From positions 1 through 22,821 of the forward strand of contig NW_021836679.1 of NCBI RefSeq assembly GCF_006345805.1: a stretch of DNA of 22,821 nt. Direction: 5' to 3'. Position numbers and translations under genes: made by a program. Below, one piece after another: positions 9,630 to 20,854 of the stretch; position 1 is the first letter of the stretch, and each line of letters begins with the position of its first letter. Under the pieces are notes generated by a model. That model saw only the letters and a program-made list of their open reading frames with translations, made no database searches and had not been told where the DNA came from. The DNA comes from Octopus sinensis. Lineage: Eukaryota.

Positions 9630-9684
9630 TATATATAATATTTTATTTATATATTTATATAATACATATACATACATACACACA

Positions 9685-9737
<53 letters not shown>

Positions 9738-9810
9738 TGTGTATGTGTGTGTGTGTGTAACTGTGATGGGAAAGTAATTCACTATACAAACACACACACA
9801 CACACACACG
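9138..9810. repeat. (CA)n/(TA)n/(TG)n microsatellite cluster
   Basis: Direct reading. Confidence 0.95.
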
Positions 9811-10556
9811 TACTGACACACTACTGTAGCCGCACATACAGTAGTGGACCGATACGCACACACAGAGACTCTGTCTGTTAATAAATTACTTGTAGGTGTT
9901 ATGTCACAAAGATGTTGCTTTGAGCTATTTTGCTTCCTGTCTTTTTTTTCTCTCCTAAACCCGATCTCTCAGTTTTCCAATATTCTATCAACTTACCTGA
10001 CTTCTTTTCCATTTTTCTCACCACATAATTATATCTAGTTAACTCTTTTATATATTTATTTATTTTTTTCGCTACTGTACCTTGCCTTAAATGTGTTAAC
10101 AGTAACTAAATTATTATCTTTCGTATGGACGCAGTCTCTGAGTTTTATATATGCTTTTTCCAAACAATTCTAGTTTTCTAAATCAATCTGTTTAGAATTC
10201 GGTACTGCTTGTTAGTAATTCTCTCAGCATTACTTTAGCAAATACAGTCAAATGTATTCATTGCTGAAGAGGTTATAATAAAAGGGAAAGTGGTTGGAGT
10301 GATCTCCCCTACTATGTGAAAGAAATGGAAATGATATTGTTAATCGACCACTGATATTGTTTTTTGTATCTCACAAAATAGTTTTCCGATATCTAAGTGG
10401 CTAAAATGTATCAGCAGAAGGGCATCCAGTCGATATGACCTGTCTACGGCACGGGTCCCTCAGAGTGTAAGAAGTTAGAGTTAGAAGACCCGCCTGAGGC
10501 GAGTGTGGGGTGGTTTCTTCGCTGAAGACATTCTGCTGTTTAGTTCTCTTACCACT

Positions 10557-10753
10557 CCTTTCTACGGCACGTACAAGGCCTGAAGATATCGTGGAGTGGA
10601 CTTGTCGACTACATCGACGCTCCGTAGTCAACTGGTACGTATTTCATCGACCCCCCGAAAGGATGAAAGAAAAAGTCGACGTCGAAACGTAAAGACCTGG
10701 ACAAAGTTCTGTCAAACCTTTTGTTGTCTTAACTGTTGTGATAGCTCGTCGCT
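10557..10753 (-). mobile_element. Family-1 SINE, diverged tail-B copy with B box deleted
   Basis: cctttctac...acaaggcctgaa (tail B), tcgaccccccgaaaggatgaaagaaaaagtcgac (central block), agctcgtcgc (head). Confidence 0.75.
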
Positions 10754-10950
10754 TTTGTGTTCCGCTCCATAACTTTATTTACATTAACTTTTTAACATTT
10801 TCTATATTTCGTTGCTTGATACGAACACTAACTTAACCGCATAAATATATCCTATTCTTACTGTTCCCTTCCTCAGTGTGTTTACATTAACTAAATAACC
10901 ATCTTTCGGTTAGATGCCATTTCTATGGCAGATATATATATTTTTCCAAA

Positions 10951-11305
10951 GGCGGTGAACTGGCAAAAACGTTAGCTCGCAGGGCGAAATACTTTTCGGT
11001 ATTTCGTCTGTCGCTACGTTCTGAGTTCAAATTCCGCGGAAGTCGACTTTGCCTTTCATCCTTTCGGGGTCGATAAATTAAGTACCAGTTACGCACTGGG
11101 ATCGATGTAATCGACTTAATCCGTTTGTCTGTCCTTGTTTGTCCCCTCTGTGTTTAGCCCCTTGTGGGTAGTAAAGAAATAAGGAACGTTAGCACGCCGG
11201 GCGAAATGCTTAGCGGTATTTTGTCTGCCGCTACGTTCTGAGTTCAAATTCCGCCGAGGTAGACTTTGCCTTTCATCCTTTCGGGGTCGATTAAATAATA
11301 AACCA
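10951..11305 (+). mobile_element. Family-1 SINE dimer (full tail-A unit to ~11183, second unit from ~11185 lacking the first ~16 nt and 3'-truncated)
   Basis: Two B boxes and two central blocks; junction GTAAAGAAATAAGG|AACGTTAGC. Confidence 0.9.
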
Positions 11306-11310
11306 ACCCC

Positions 11311-11710
11311 ACTTAATCTGTCGGTGTCTTTTTGCCCAATTGCGATGTTACGGGGACGTAAACACACCAACACCAACTGTCAAGCAGTAAAGGGAGACAA
11401 ACACACACACATACATACTCACACAGCGACATACACACATACAAACAGACACAATGACACACACGCACAAAAAGACATACACACATACACATACAAAGCT
11501 ACACACACACACACACACACACATTCACCCCCCAACATATATATATGACGCGCTTGCTTCAGTTTCCCCAACCAAATTTTATTCTCAATACTTCTGACGG
11601 CCCGAAAGATATAATAGTAGACACTAGCCCCTAGGTGCCACGCGGAAGGACTGAACCTAGAACCATGCGGTTGGAAAGCAAACTCCTTACCACGTAGCCA
11701 CGCTCGCGCT
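11311..11710 (-). mobile_element. Family-2 SINE, bipartite with an internal microsatellite
   Basis: Head and 5' module at ~11545-11710 homologous to 4571-4721; internal CA-rich tract; 3' module ~11311-11400. Confidence 0.8.
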
Positions 11711-11835
11711 TGCTTACCTTCTTAACAAAACAACGGGAACACCTTGTATGCCGTATCAATCCTAGCTTAATATACAAGACGCATTGATAACGGCTGGCAT
11801 GCCTTTGATCATGCAGAGCTGACCTAGGGCTAAAC

Positions 11836-11865
11836 ACAACCACCACCACCACCACCACCACCACC

Positions 11866-11897
<32 letters not shown>

Positions 11898-11922
11898 CAC
11901 AACAACACAACAACAACAACAA
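11836..11922. repeat. (CCA)n(CAA)n microsatellite
   Basis: Direct reading. Confidence 0.95.
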
Positions 11923-12009
11923 CTGCAGCTGCACTATCAGCATTATTAACAACATCAACAACATTTGGCTCATCGTTTACTGGGATGACCTTCACCGATG
12001 AACACCCAT

Positions 12010-13575
12010 CCCTAACTACGCTCTTCCCATTACGCTCTCCTTTTCTCCTTGTCCAAATTCTACGTTTCTCTCCAGCTTCTTCTTCATATTTTACTCCTCA
12101 TTCCTCTAGTTCCATATCAAATTCTCTCTCTTTCTCTCTTTCATGCTCTCCATACACAGTCTTTTCTCTCTCTTTAGATTGTTCCTTGTCGCTCATTCTC
12201 TTTCTTTCTCTCTTTTATTCGTTAAGTCTCTTTCACTCTTCTTATTCAAAACCATTATTCTCTCTTACTTCTTTGTCTCTCCTTTACTCTACTCACTCAC
12301 TCAAACACTCACGCTCGGATTCAATTTTTCTCTCTCACTCATTCCCCATCGACTGACTCTCTCTCTCACTAATTCCCTCTCACACTCACTCTCTGACTCG
12401 CTAATCCCCCCTCTCTCTCACTCTCACTCACTCACTCACTCAACTCATTTATTCACTCATTCTCTCAAACACTCACTCACGCTCTCACACTTCACTCTCA
12501 GAGTCACTCCTTCACTCATTCCCTCACTCATTCACTCATTCACTCATTCACTCACTCAATCAGTCACTCACTCATTCACTCACTCACTCACTCACTCACT
12601 CACTCACTCACTCACTCACTATTCACTCACTCACTCACTCACTCACTCACTCACTCAATCACCATTCACTCTCTCCCTCGCCTTCCCTTCCTTCCCCTCC
12701 TCTACCCCTCTCCTCTTTCCAACCTTCACTCTCCCTCTCTCTCTCTGTTTTCTCTTCCACATTCTTTGTTCCTTTCTCCCTCCCTCTCTCTCTCTCTCTC
12801 TCTCTCTTATTCTTACTACTCTCCTCTTTATCTTACTCATTCTTCTCCTCTCTCCCCCTCTCCCTCTCTCTCTCTCTCTTATTCTTACTACTCTCCTCTT
12901 TATCTTACTCATTCTTCTCCTCTCTCTCACACTATCAGTGACCTTTTCTTCTCTTGTCCTCTTCACTCTTTTCCTTCTTTATCTATCCTCCTCCTCTCTC
13001 TCTCTCTGCTTGTCATTAGCCTTTCCTCTTTCTCTCTCCGTCCTGACTGCATTGCCTTCTCCTGTCTCCCCCTCCTACTTCTTCCACCTTTTTTAATCTT
13101 TCTCTCTTCCTCTCGCTTATACTCCTTCTTATTCATCTCTCTCTCTCCTTTCTCATCTTTCTCGCTACCTTCCTCTCACTTATTCTCTCCCTTTCTATTC
13201 ATCTCCTTTCTCTCCGTTTCTATTTCTATCTTCCTCTCACCCACCCTCACATTCTCATTTTCTCACCCTCTTTCACTCTCCCTCTCTCCCTTCCTCTCTC
13301 GCATTTCCTCCCACCTTTTCTATTCTCCTCTACACTCCGCTCTCTCCTCGCTTCTTCTCATTCCTACTCTCCCCAACTTCTCCCCTTCCTCTTCTCTACT
13401 CTCCCTTCCTCCCTTCCTCCCACTTTCTCTCTCTCGCATTTCCTCTCACCTTTTCTATTCCCCTCTGTCCTCCACTCATTCCTCATCTCTTCTCTTTCCT
13501 ACTCTCCCCAACTTCTCCCCTTCCTCTTCTTTACTCTCCATACTCCCCCCCACCACCACCGTTACCCTTACTCTC
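12010..13575. repeat. ~1.5-kb pyrimidine-rich tract with a (CACT)n core and two internal direct duplications
   Basis: Almost G-free plus strand; (CACT)n ~12540-12655; duplications ~12790-12855/~12865-12926 and ~13295-13400/~13430-13535. Confidence 0.92.
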
Positions 13576-13762
13576 CACTGACACAATCTTTACTGTAATC
13601 TCTCCTTCTTAGTTATTGATTTTTCCGTGAATTTCATCGATCGGCAAATGAGATTTATTATTCAACACTGAATTATTTACCAATATCGTCCTCTAAAGTC
13701 AAATTGTCGGAGCCTGCCTGCCAGCAGACCTGCCTGCTTGCCATTATTCAACTGTTACTAAA

Positions 13763-13810
13763 TATCATCATCATCATCATCATCATCATCATCGTCATCA
13801 TCATCACCAA

Positions 13811-13861
<51 letters not shown>

Positions 13862-14045
13862 TATCGTCATCGTCATCATCATCATCATCATCATCATTAT
13901 CATCATCGTCATCGTCATCATCTTCATCACCAACATCATCATCGTCCTGGTCGTGGTCGTCGTCGTTATCACCATCATCATTATCATCACTTCATCCTCC
14001 TCCTCCTCCTCCTCATCATCATCATCATCATCAACCATAATCATT
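13763..14045. repeat. (CAT)n microsatellite with CGT/CCT variants
   Basis: Direct reading. Confidence 0.95.
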
Positions 14046-14060
14046 GCCGTTGTCGTCTCT

Positions 14061-14350
14061 CAGTGGAACTGAACCGGAACCATGTGGTTGAGAAGCAAGC
14101 TTCTTATTTCATTATTGCCCACAAGGGGCTAAACACGGAGGGGGGAAAAAAAGCACAGACAAACGGATTAAGTCGATTGTATCGACCCAATGCGTAACTG
14201 GTACTTATTTAATCGACCCCGAAAGGATGAAAGGCAAAGTCAACCTCGACGGAATTTGAACTCAGATCGTGTGGTAACGTTTCTGCCAGCTCGCCTCCTT
14301 AGTCGACCTAGGCGGAATTTGAACTCTTACAACGCAGCCTCGCCTGCGCC
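14061..14350 (-). mobile_element. Family-2 SINE head (14061-14106 and 14325-14350) split by a nested tail-A family-1 SINE (14107-14324)
   Basis: Removing the insert restores a head collinear with 11641-11710; TCTTA is duplicated at 14102-14106 and 14325-14329. Confidence 0.85.
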
Positions 14351-14711
14351 CATGTATTTGAATCTGGGTGTTTAGGCGTGTATGTAATATTTATTTTCTG
14401 GTAGAATGGCGTTACGCTTCCATATATATGCCACCGATGTTTCACAAGAGAAGGACTCCAAATTCAGCGTCGATACAGCTCAGGATTAATGGTTTTGCAT
14501 TTGTTGACTTTAGGACAGAAAGTGCAGGATCAGATACTGCTTGGCATCTTGTCCGACTTTCTGACAAGTCCGTCAATTCACTGGCTTAGATTAGTTTCTC
14601 TCTTCTAGCTTTTTTTTTTTAATGAACACCGAAAGATTCCAAAGCAAAGTTGACGTCGGTAGGACTTGAACTCATGGATAGAGTCAGAAAAACTACTACC
14701 AACTGGACGTC

Positions 14712-14914
14712 ATCGCTAGCACGCCGGGCGAAATGCTTTGCGGTATTTCGTCCACCGCTGCGTTCTGAGTTCAAATTCCGCCGATTTCGACTTTGCCTTT
14801 CATCCTTTCGGGGTCGATAAATTAAGTACCAGTTACGCACTGGGGTCAATGTAATCGACTTAATCCGTTTGTTTGTCCCCTCTGTGTTTAGCTCCTTGTG
14901 GGTAGTAAAGAAAT
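14712..14914 (+). mobile_element. Family-1 SINE tail A, lacking its first ~16 nt
   Basis: gctagcacgccgggcgaaatgc, then B box, then central block, then gtagtaaagaaata; short microhomology deletion in the tail. An older minus-strand fragment lies at ~14615-14690. Confidence 0.9.
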
Positions 14915-15390
14915 ATATATCTCTAAAACCATTAAAATGCAGAGGGACGCAAAAATGCCAATTGCCGTTTGTAACGTTAAAAGATTCTGCGAAGATCGAA
15001 AAGGAAACCGTACAGGAAGTTATATTTCCACAATTAATTCAAAATAAATCTAAAATGTCCACCGAAATATAACTAAAGGGTTAATTTCATGAATCATTCT
15101 ATTAAAAACTTAAGTGACTTTTGCGCTACCCTTTAGACAGAAAATGCCGCGTTCACAGCATTAATTGAGACTTCTTCCAAGGATACAAATTGGGATTCAG
15201 GCGAAGAATAATAAAGGGATAGTTTATTACTTGAATGTCAGTCTTTGCCAGCGATTTCATTTTATTGATCACGGAATGCTAAAAGGGAAAAGACGCCATG
15301 AACGGGAGAATTGAACCGAAAACATAGATCGGTGCAGCTCTTTTGTCCAAAACAAGACGTTTGTGAAAATCTAACGTTATTTTCTTCGAT

Positions 15391-15560
15391 GAACACAAGG
15401 ACGGAAGTTTGGTTGGAAGGGGATAATCTATTACATCGACCCCAGTATTCAGCTGGTACTTATTTTATCGATCTCGAAGCGGTGAATGTCAAAGTCGACC
15501 TAGGTGGAATTTGAACTTACAATGTAAAGACGAGCTAAATGCCGCTAAGCAGTTTGTCCA
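15391..15560 (-). mobile_element. Family-1 SINE, diverged tail-B copy
   Basis: acatcgaccccagt...ctggtacttattttatcga...aaagtcgacctaggtggaatttgaact; ends at a local 12-bp duplication GCAGTTTGTCCA (15549-15572). Confidence 0.8.
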
Positions 15561-15699
15561 GCAGTTTGTCCACCACCCGTAAACAGTCAGGATGGTCATG
15601 GTTGGGATACATTTGATCGGATGTGTGGTGAGTAAACTCCTGGCCTGTGTCGTGTCTAAAACAGGCTGCAAAACTTTTATGCTATCAGCTATTACAATG

Positions 15700-15770
15700 A
15701 CACCACCACCACCACCACCACCACCACCACCACCACCGCCACCACCACCACCACCACCACCACCACCACC

Positions 15771-15815
<45 letters not shown>

Positions 15816-17225
15816 ACGAGCCCACACCACTATAACCGTGACCATCATCACCCCTATCACCATCATCCTCATCATCATAACGAGCCAACACCACTATAAC
15901 CATCACCGGCAGCAGCAGCAGCAGCAGCAGCAGCACCACCACCACCACCACCACCACCACCACCACCACCACCGCCGCCAACGTCACCCAGTATCATCAC
16001 TACCATCACTACCATCACCATCATTATCACCACCAATGCCATGTAGGCCATTACCGCCAGCATTTCCGCCACCATTCAAGGCCAACTCTACCAGCATCAC
16101 CAACCACCAGCGCCGCCATCGCCACCGCCAAACTGCCACACCCCGCCCATCACTTGCCACTTCTACAAACAACCACCGCCACCACCAGCGACACCAGCAT
16201 CCACCGCACATCAACCTCCATACCAACACCAGCCACTAAGTCACTCACTGACACCACCACCACCACCACCACCACCACCACCACCACCACCACCACCACC
16301 ACCACCACCATCACCACTACCATCACCATCAACACCGCTACTGCAGCTACGACAACCATGACTACCACCACCACAACCACCACGACTACCACCACGACCA
16401 CCACTACTACTACTACCACCACCACCACCACCATCACTACGACGACGACACCACCACCACTACCACCATCACCATCAACACCGCTACTACAGCTACCACA
16501 ACAATGATCACCACCACAACCACCACCATCACCACCACCGCCAACACCACAAATAGCATGACCGCCATCATCGTTTGTAGCATTACCATAGTTAGCACCA
16601 CCACCACCATACTACCACCAATACCATTATCAACACAATGAACATCATCATTGAAATCAGGGCTAACTTATGCCACTACTAAAGCTAACACCCCTCCAAC
16701 CACCACCACCACCATCACCATCACCACCACCACCTCCGCCGCCATCACGATCGCCACCATCACCATAGTCACAACAACCAGCGTTGTGGCTACCAATACC
16801 GCAACCATCACAAGACCACCGACCCACCGTCATCACCACCACCACCACCAGCGCCTCTACCAACAACAACAATATCACCACCACCACCACCGTCAGCAAT
16901 AAAACAGTAGCACCATGTCCACAACCGACCCACCACTAACACCACCACCAACACCACCACTACCACCACCACCACAACCACCACCAACACCACCACCTAC
17001 ACCACCACCACCACTACTACCACCACCACCAACACCACCATCACTACCACTGCTTTCGCCACCATTATCACGACCACCAACACCACTACTAACAACAACA
17101 TCACCACCACCACCACCACCACCACTGAAACCAGTACCGACTTATATAACAATACTAACACCCCCACCCCTCACAACCAATGCCACCATCCCCCCCCATC
17201 ACCCCCACCACCACCCATACCGAAC
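15700..17225. repeat. ~1.5-kb degenerate (CCA)n/(CAA)n/(CAG)n low-complexity tract
   Basis: Direct reading. Confidence 0.92.
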
Positions 17226-17566
17226 CATATCATCAATTATTGATCGCGTGATTCCCCAAATATTCCCGCCAAATGAAAAAAAAAGCAAATAAATAAATAA
17301 AAAAAAGATAGAAGAGGAAAAAAAGAAGAAAGAAAAGATACACAAGACGAAGGAGGAGGAGGAGGGAGTGCAAGAGGAGAAGTGGGAGTAGGTGGCGAGT
17401 GAAGGGCGGAGGGGGTGGGGAAGGAGTGCGTAGAACAAACAAATAAATAAGTAAATCAATGGAATATAACCAAATCAAGCGAACAGTGTTCAATGGAAGG
17501 TTGCTATGGTTACGTATCTGATTGGGTTACACAGCAAAGATCGATATTGTGAAGAGCGATAAACAC

Positions 17567-18700
17567 GGCGGTGGGTGTGATTGTATGTGTGTGTGTGTGT
17601 GTATGAATATATGTCTATGTGTGTGTATGTGTGTGTAAGTGTGTGTGTGCGTGCGTGTGGGTATGAATATATGTCTATGTGTGTGTATGTGATTGTGTGT
17701 GTGTAAGTGTGTGCGTGCGTGTGGGTATGAATATATGTCTATGTGTGTGTGTATGTGTGTCTGTGTTTATATGCATATGTGCGTGTGTTTGCGTGTGTCA
17801 ATGTGTTTGTGTGTATGTGTGCGTGTGTGTGTGTTGTGTGTGTGTAAGTGTGTGTGTGTGGATATGAATACGTGTCTATGTGTGTGTATGTGTGTCTGTG
17901 TTTATATGCATATGTGCGTGTGTTTGCGTGTGTCAATGTGTTGTGTGTATTGTGCGTGTGGTGTGTTTTTTGTGTGTAAGTGTGTGTGTAGATATGAATA
18001 TGTGTCTATGTGTGTGTATGTGTGTCTGTGTTTATATGCATATGTGCGTGTGTTTGCGTGTGTCAATGTGTTTGTGTGTATGTGTGCGTGTGTGTGTGTG
18101 TGTGTGTGTAAGTGTGTGTGTGTGGATATGAATATGTGTCTATGTGTGTGTATGTGTGTCTGTGTTTATATGCATATGTGCGTGTGTTTGCGTGTGTCAA
18201 TGTGTTTGTGTGTATGTGTGCGTGTGTGTGTGTTTGTGTGTGTAAGTGTGTGCGTGTGGGTATGAATATGTGTCTATGTGTGTGTGAATGTGTGTGACCA
18301 GTGTGTGTGTTTGTGTGTACGCGTGCGTTTGTGTATCCATGTGTCTGTGTATGTATATATATATATATGTGTGTTGTGTGTGTGTGTGTGTATGTGTGCT
18401 TGTAAGAGACTGTGTGCGTATGTGTGTAACAGTATGTTTATGTTTGTGCGTATATATGTGTGTTTGTGTGTATATGCATGTGGCGGTGGGTGTGATTGTA
18501 TGTGTGTGTGCGTAAGTGTATGTGAAGTGTGTGTTAATGTGTGTGTATGTGCGTGCTTGTATGCATCTATATGTCTGTTTGTGTGTATATAGGATTAATC
18601 TGTGTGTATATCTACGTGTGTGTATCTGTGTGCATAAGTACGCATCCCTGTGTCTCTTTATGTGCGTCTGTGTGACCGTGTGTGAATGTGTAGATATGCG
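17567..18700. repeat. (TG)n-derived tract with higher-order minisatellite units
   Basis: Landmark TATGAATA at 17602, 17662, 17726, 17863, 17993, 18127 and 18261. Confidence 0.92.
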
Positions 18701-18710
18701 AATATATCGT

Positions 18711-18914
18711 GGCATTCCGTCGGTTGCGACGACGAGGGTTCCAGTTGATCCGATCAACGGAACAGCCGATCAACATGAAGTTAACATGCAAGTGGCTGAG
18801 CACTCCACAGACCTTTAACGTAGTTCTCGGGTGAGATTCAGCGTTACACAGAGTGTGACAAGGCTGGCCCTTTGAAATACAAGTATAAGAGAAAGAGGAA
18901 GAATGAGTGAAAGT
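18711..18914 (-). mobile_element. 3' part of a SINE (probably family 3) with a terminal stem-loop
   Basis: Inverted repeat GTTCC-A-GTTGATC-C-GATCAAC-GGAAC at 18738-18763. Assignment to the same family as the 8014-8077 head is from recollection, not from overlap within this window. Confidence 0.65.
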
Positions 18915-18921
18915 ATATATA

Positions 18922-19770
18922 CAAGGTCTGATCAATAAGTATCCGGACTGTTGCCATAGTAACGAAACTAAAGCACGCAGCGTCAAACTGTTGGGCAAAG
19001 ATTGACCTTGAACTTTGTTGTGCATGCGCACTAAGTTTTAACATTCTAACTCACCTCCGCTGTTTACAGCAACTCTTGGAAGGAAGGTGTGTAGCTAGTA
19101 ATCGTCGAAAGTTGTCATGGGGATATCTGCTCAGGGGCCTATGCAAAGTTGCAGAAAGTGTATGGAGAGGAGTGTATGAGCTGCACACAAGTGTATGGGT
19201 GACACAGATGCTTCCAAGATGGCCGAAAACATGTCGATATTGATGAATTTTCTGGGAGACCCTGAACCAGCAGAAACTGAGAAAAACACCGCAGATGTGC
19301 GTGCAGCTGTGAGGAGAAATCGTCGAATCACCATCCGTGAGTTATCAAAGAATGTGCAGATTATTTACGGTTCAGTTCAGTCCATTATCACTGAAGATTT
19401 GTGTATGAGACGCGTGTCTGCCAAGTTTGTGTCAAAACTGCTTTCAGCTGAGCAAAAAGACACTCGGGTCTCAGTTGCACAAGATCTCCTTCATTGTGTC
19501 AAGAACAGTGAAAACTTTTTGAAATCATTGCATAGGCCTTTAAGTAGGTATCGCCAAGATTTTGACAAAATTTGATGCGGAATCTCTGCTCAACTTCCCC
19601 TGTCATGGTCAATGCGACGATCACACACTACACACTTTCCTTCCAAGCACTGCTGTAAATAGCGGAAGTGAGCTAGAACGCTAAAACTTAGTTGAAGGTC
19701 AAACTGTGTCAAGCGTGGTTTAACTTCGTTACTATGGCAACAGTTGATAAGCAAGCTACTGATCACACGC
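18922..19770 (+). mobile_element. Non-autonomous mariner derivative with ~230-bp inverted arms
   Basis: TA followed by CAAGGTCTGATCAATAAGTATCCGGAC (mariner-type end); left arm 18922-19146 is the reverse complement of right arm 19528-~19770; the right terminus is decayed. Confidence 0.9.
19122..19527 (+). pseudogene. Mariner transposase remnant, N-terminal HTH DNA-binding region only
   Basis: DICSGAYAKLQKVYGEECMSCTQVYG*HRCFQDGRKHVDIDEFSGRP*TS, then a frameshift near 19275, then TEKNTADVRAAVRRNRRITIRELS...IITEDLCMRRVSAKFVSKLL (WVP linker equivalent)...ENFLKS; no DD(D) catalytic domain. Confidence 0.9.
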
Positions 19771-20306
19771 ACGCACACGCACATACATATACAAACTCTC
19801 GGTCGCACCCACTTAGTCATACGCACACTATCATACAGAAACGCACTCATACAAAACACGTAACCGTATATACACATATAAACATACGTACAGCAAACAC
19901 ACACAATCACATATATACATACAAATACAAAACCTCATACGCATATATACAGAGCATATCTATGCACACGTACACATATACACACGTTGATGAACATGAA
20001 AATAAACGCATCCTGTCATGCATATACACACATATGCATGAACACGCACACAGATGTATACACATAAATCTATATAGAAATATATGTACACCATTACACA
20101 CTTACATATAACAGAATGCATATACGTATACACATGAATACGTACATACATGCATACATACAAACATATGTATATATATATATATATAATATTATATTAC
20201 ATATATATGTATATTATATATATATATACATATATGTATATATATATAATATATTATATATATATATATATGTATAAATATATCTCCCTATATACATACA
20301 TACACA

Positions 20307-20398
<92 letters not shown>

Positions 20399-20412
20399 AA
20401 AACCACACACAC
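19771..20412. repeat. Degenerate (CA)n/(TA)n microsatellite tract
   Basis: Direct reading. Confidence 0.9.
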
Positions 20413-20624
20413 TCAACTGCAGACGCGTACACGGATGTGTCTCACAATGGCTAACTCAGCATTTCTGGAACTTCTTGGGGCTAACCAATATTGGCCAACT
20501 ACCGCTTCCATTGGAGGAATCCTGGTTTTCAAATTTGTTGTTGTTGTTGTTCTTCTTATTTAACCTCCGGTTAACAAACTCTGCCGAATCAGGTTTATGA
20601 TTAGAAACTTGGCAACTGCGTCCT

Positions 20625-20725
20625 GCTGCGTGGAATCCTTAGGCAAGTATCTTGTGATATAGCCGCGAGACGATCAAAGCCTTGTGAGTGGATTTCGTAA
20701 ATGGAAAGTGAAAGAAAACTGTTGT
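20625..20725 (+). mobile_element. Family-2 SINE fragment followed by (TATG)n (20731-20850)
   Basis: ctgcgtgg...ccttaggcaagtatctt...caaagccttgtgagtggattt; homologous to 4621-4721. Confidence 0.75.
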
Positions 20726-20854
20726 GAATTTATGTATGTATGTATGTATGGTATGTATGTATGTATGTATGTATGTATGTACGCATGTATGTATGTGTAT
20801 GTATGTCTGTGTATGTATGTATGTATGTATGTATGTATGTATGTATGTATGCCA

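Noticed and set aside
10263-10290. CTGAAGA...GAAA hammerhead-like spacing
   Set aside because: No stem II, stem III or stem I pairing found.
11770-11835. Fragment of a repeat ending in a (CAA)n-type tail, with faint relatives near 15590 and 20540-20620
   Set aside because: Similarity is too short and degenerate to delimit or classify by eye.
12143-13581. 317-aa and 271-aa Leu/Ser/Phe-rich ORFs resembling membrane proteins
   Set aside because: Pyrimidine tracts lack stop codons by composition; no ATG start and no domain signal.
14440-15350. Additional very old family-1 SINE relics (~14530-14590, ~15230-15350)
   Set aside because: Only patchy resemblance; boundaries are not supportable without alignment.
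19195-19575. 126-aa ORF as a functional CDS
   Set aside because: Its first ~27 codons are out of the transposase frame; the true frame has stops and a frameshift, and the catalytic domain is absent.
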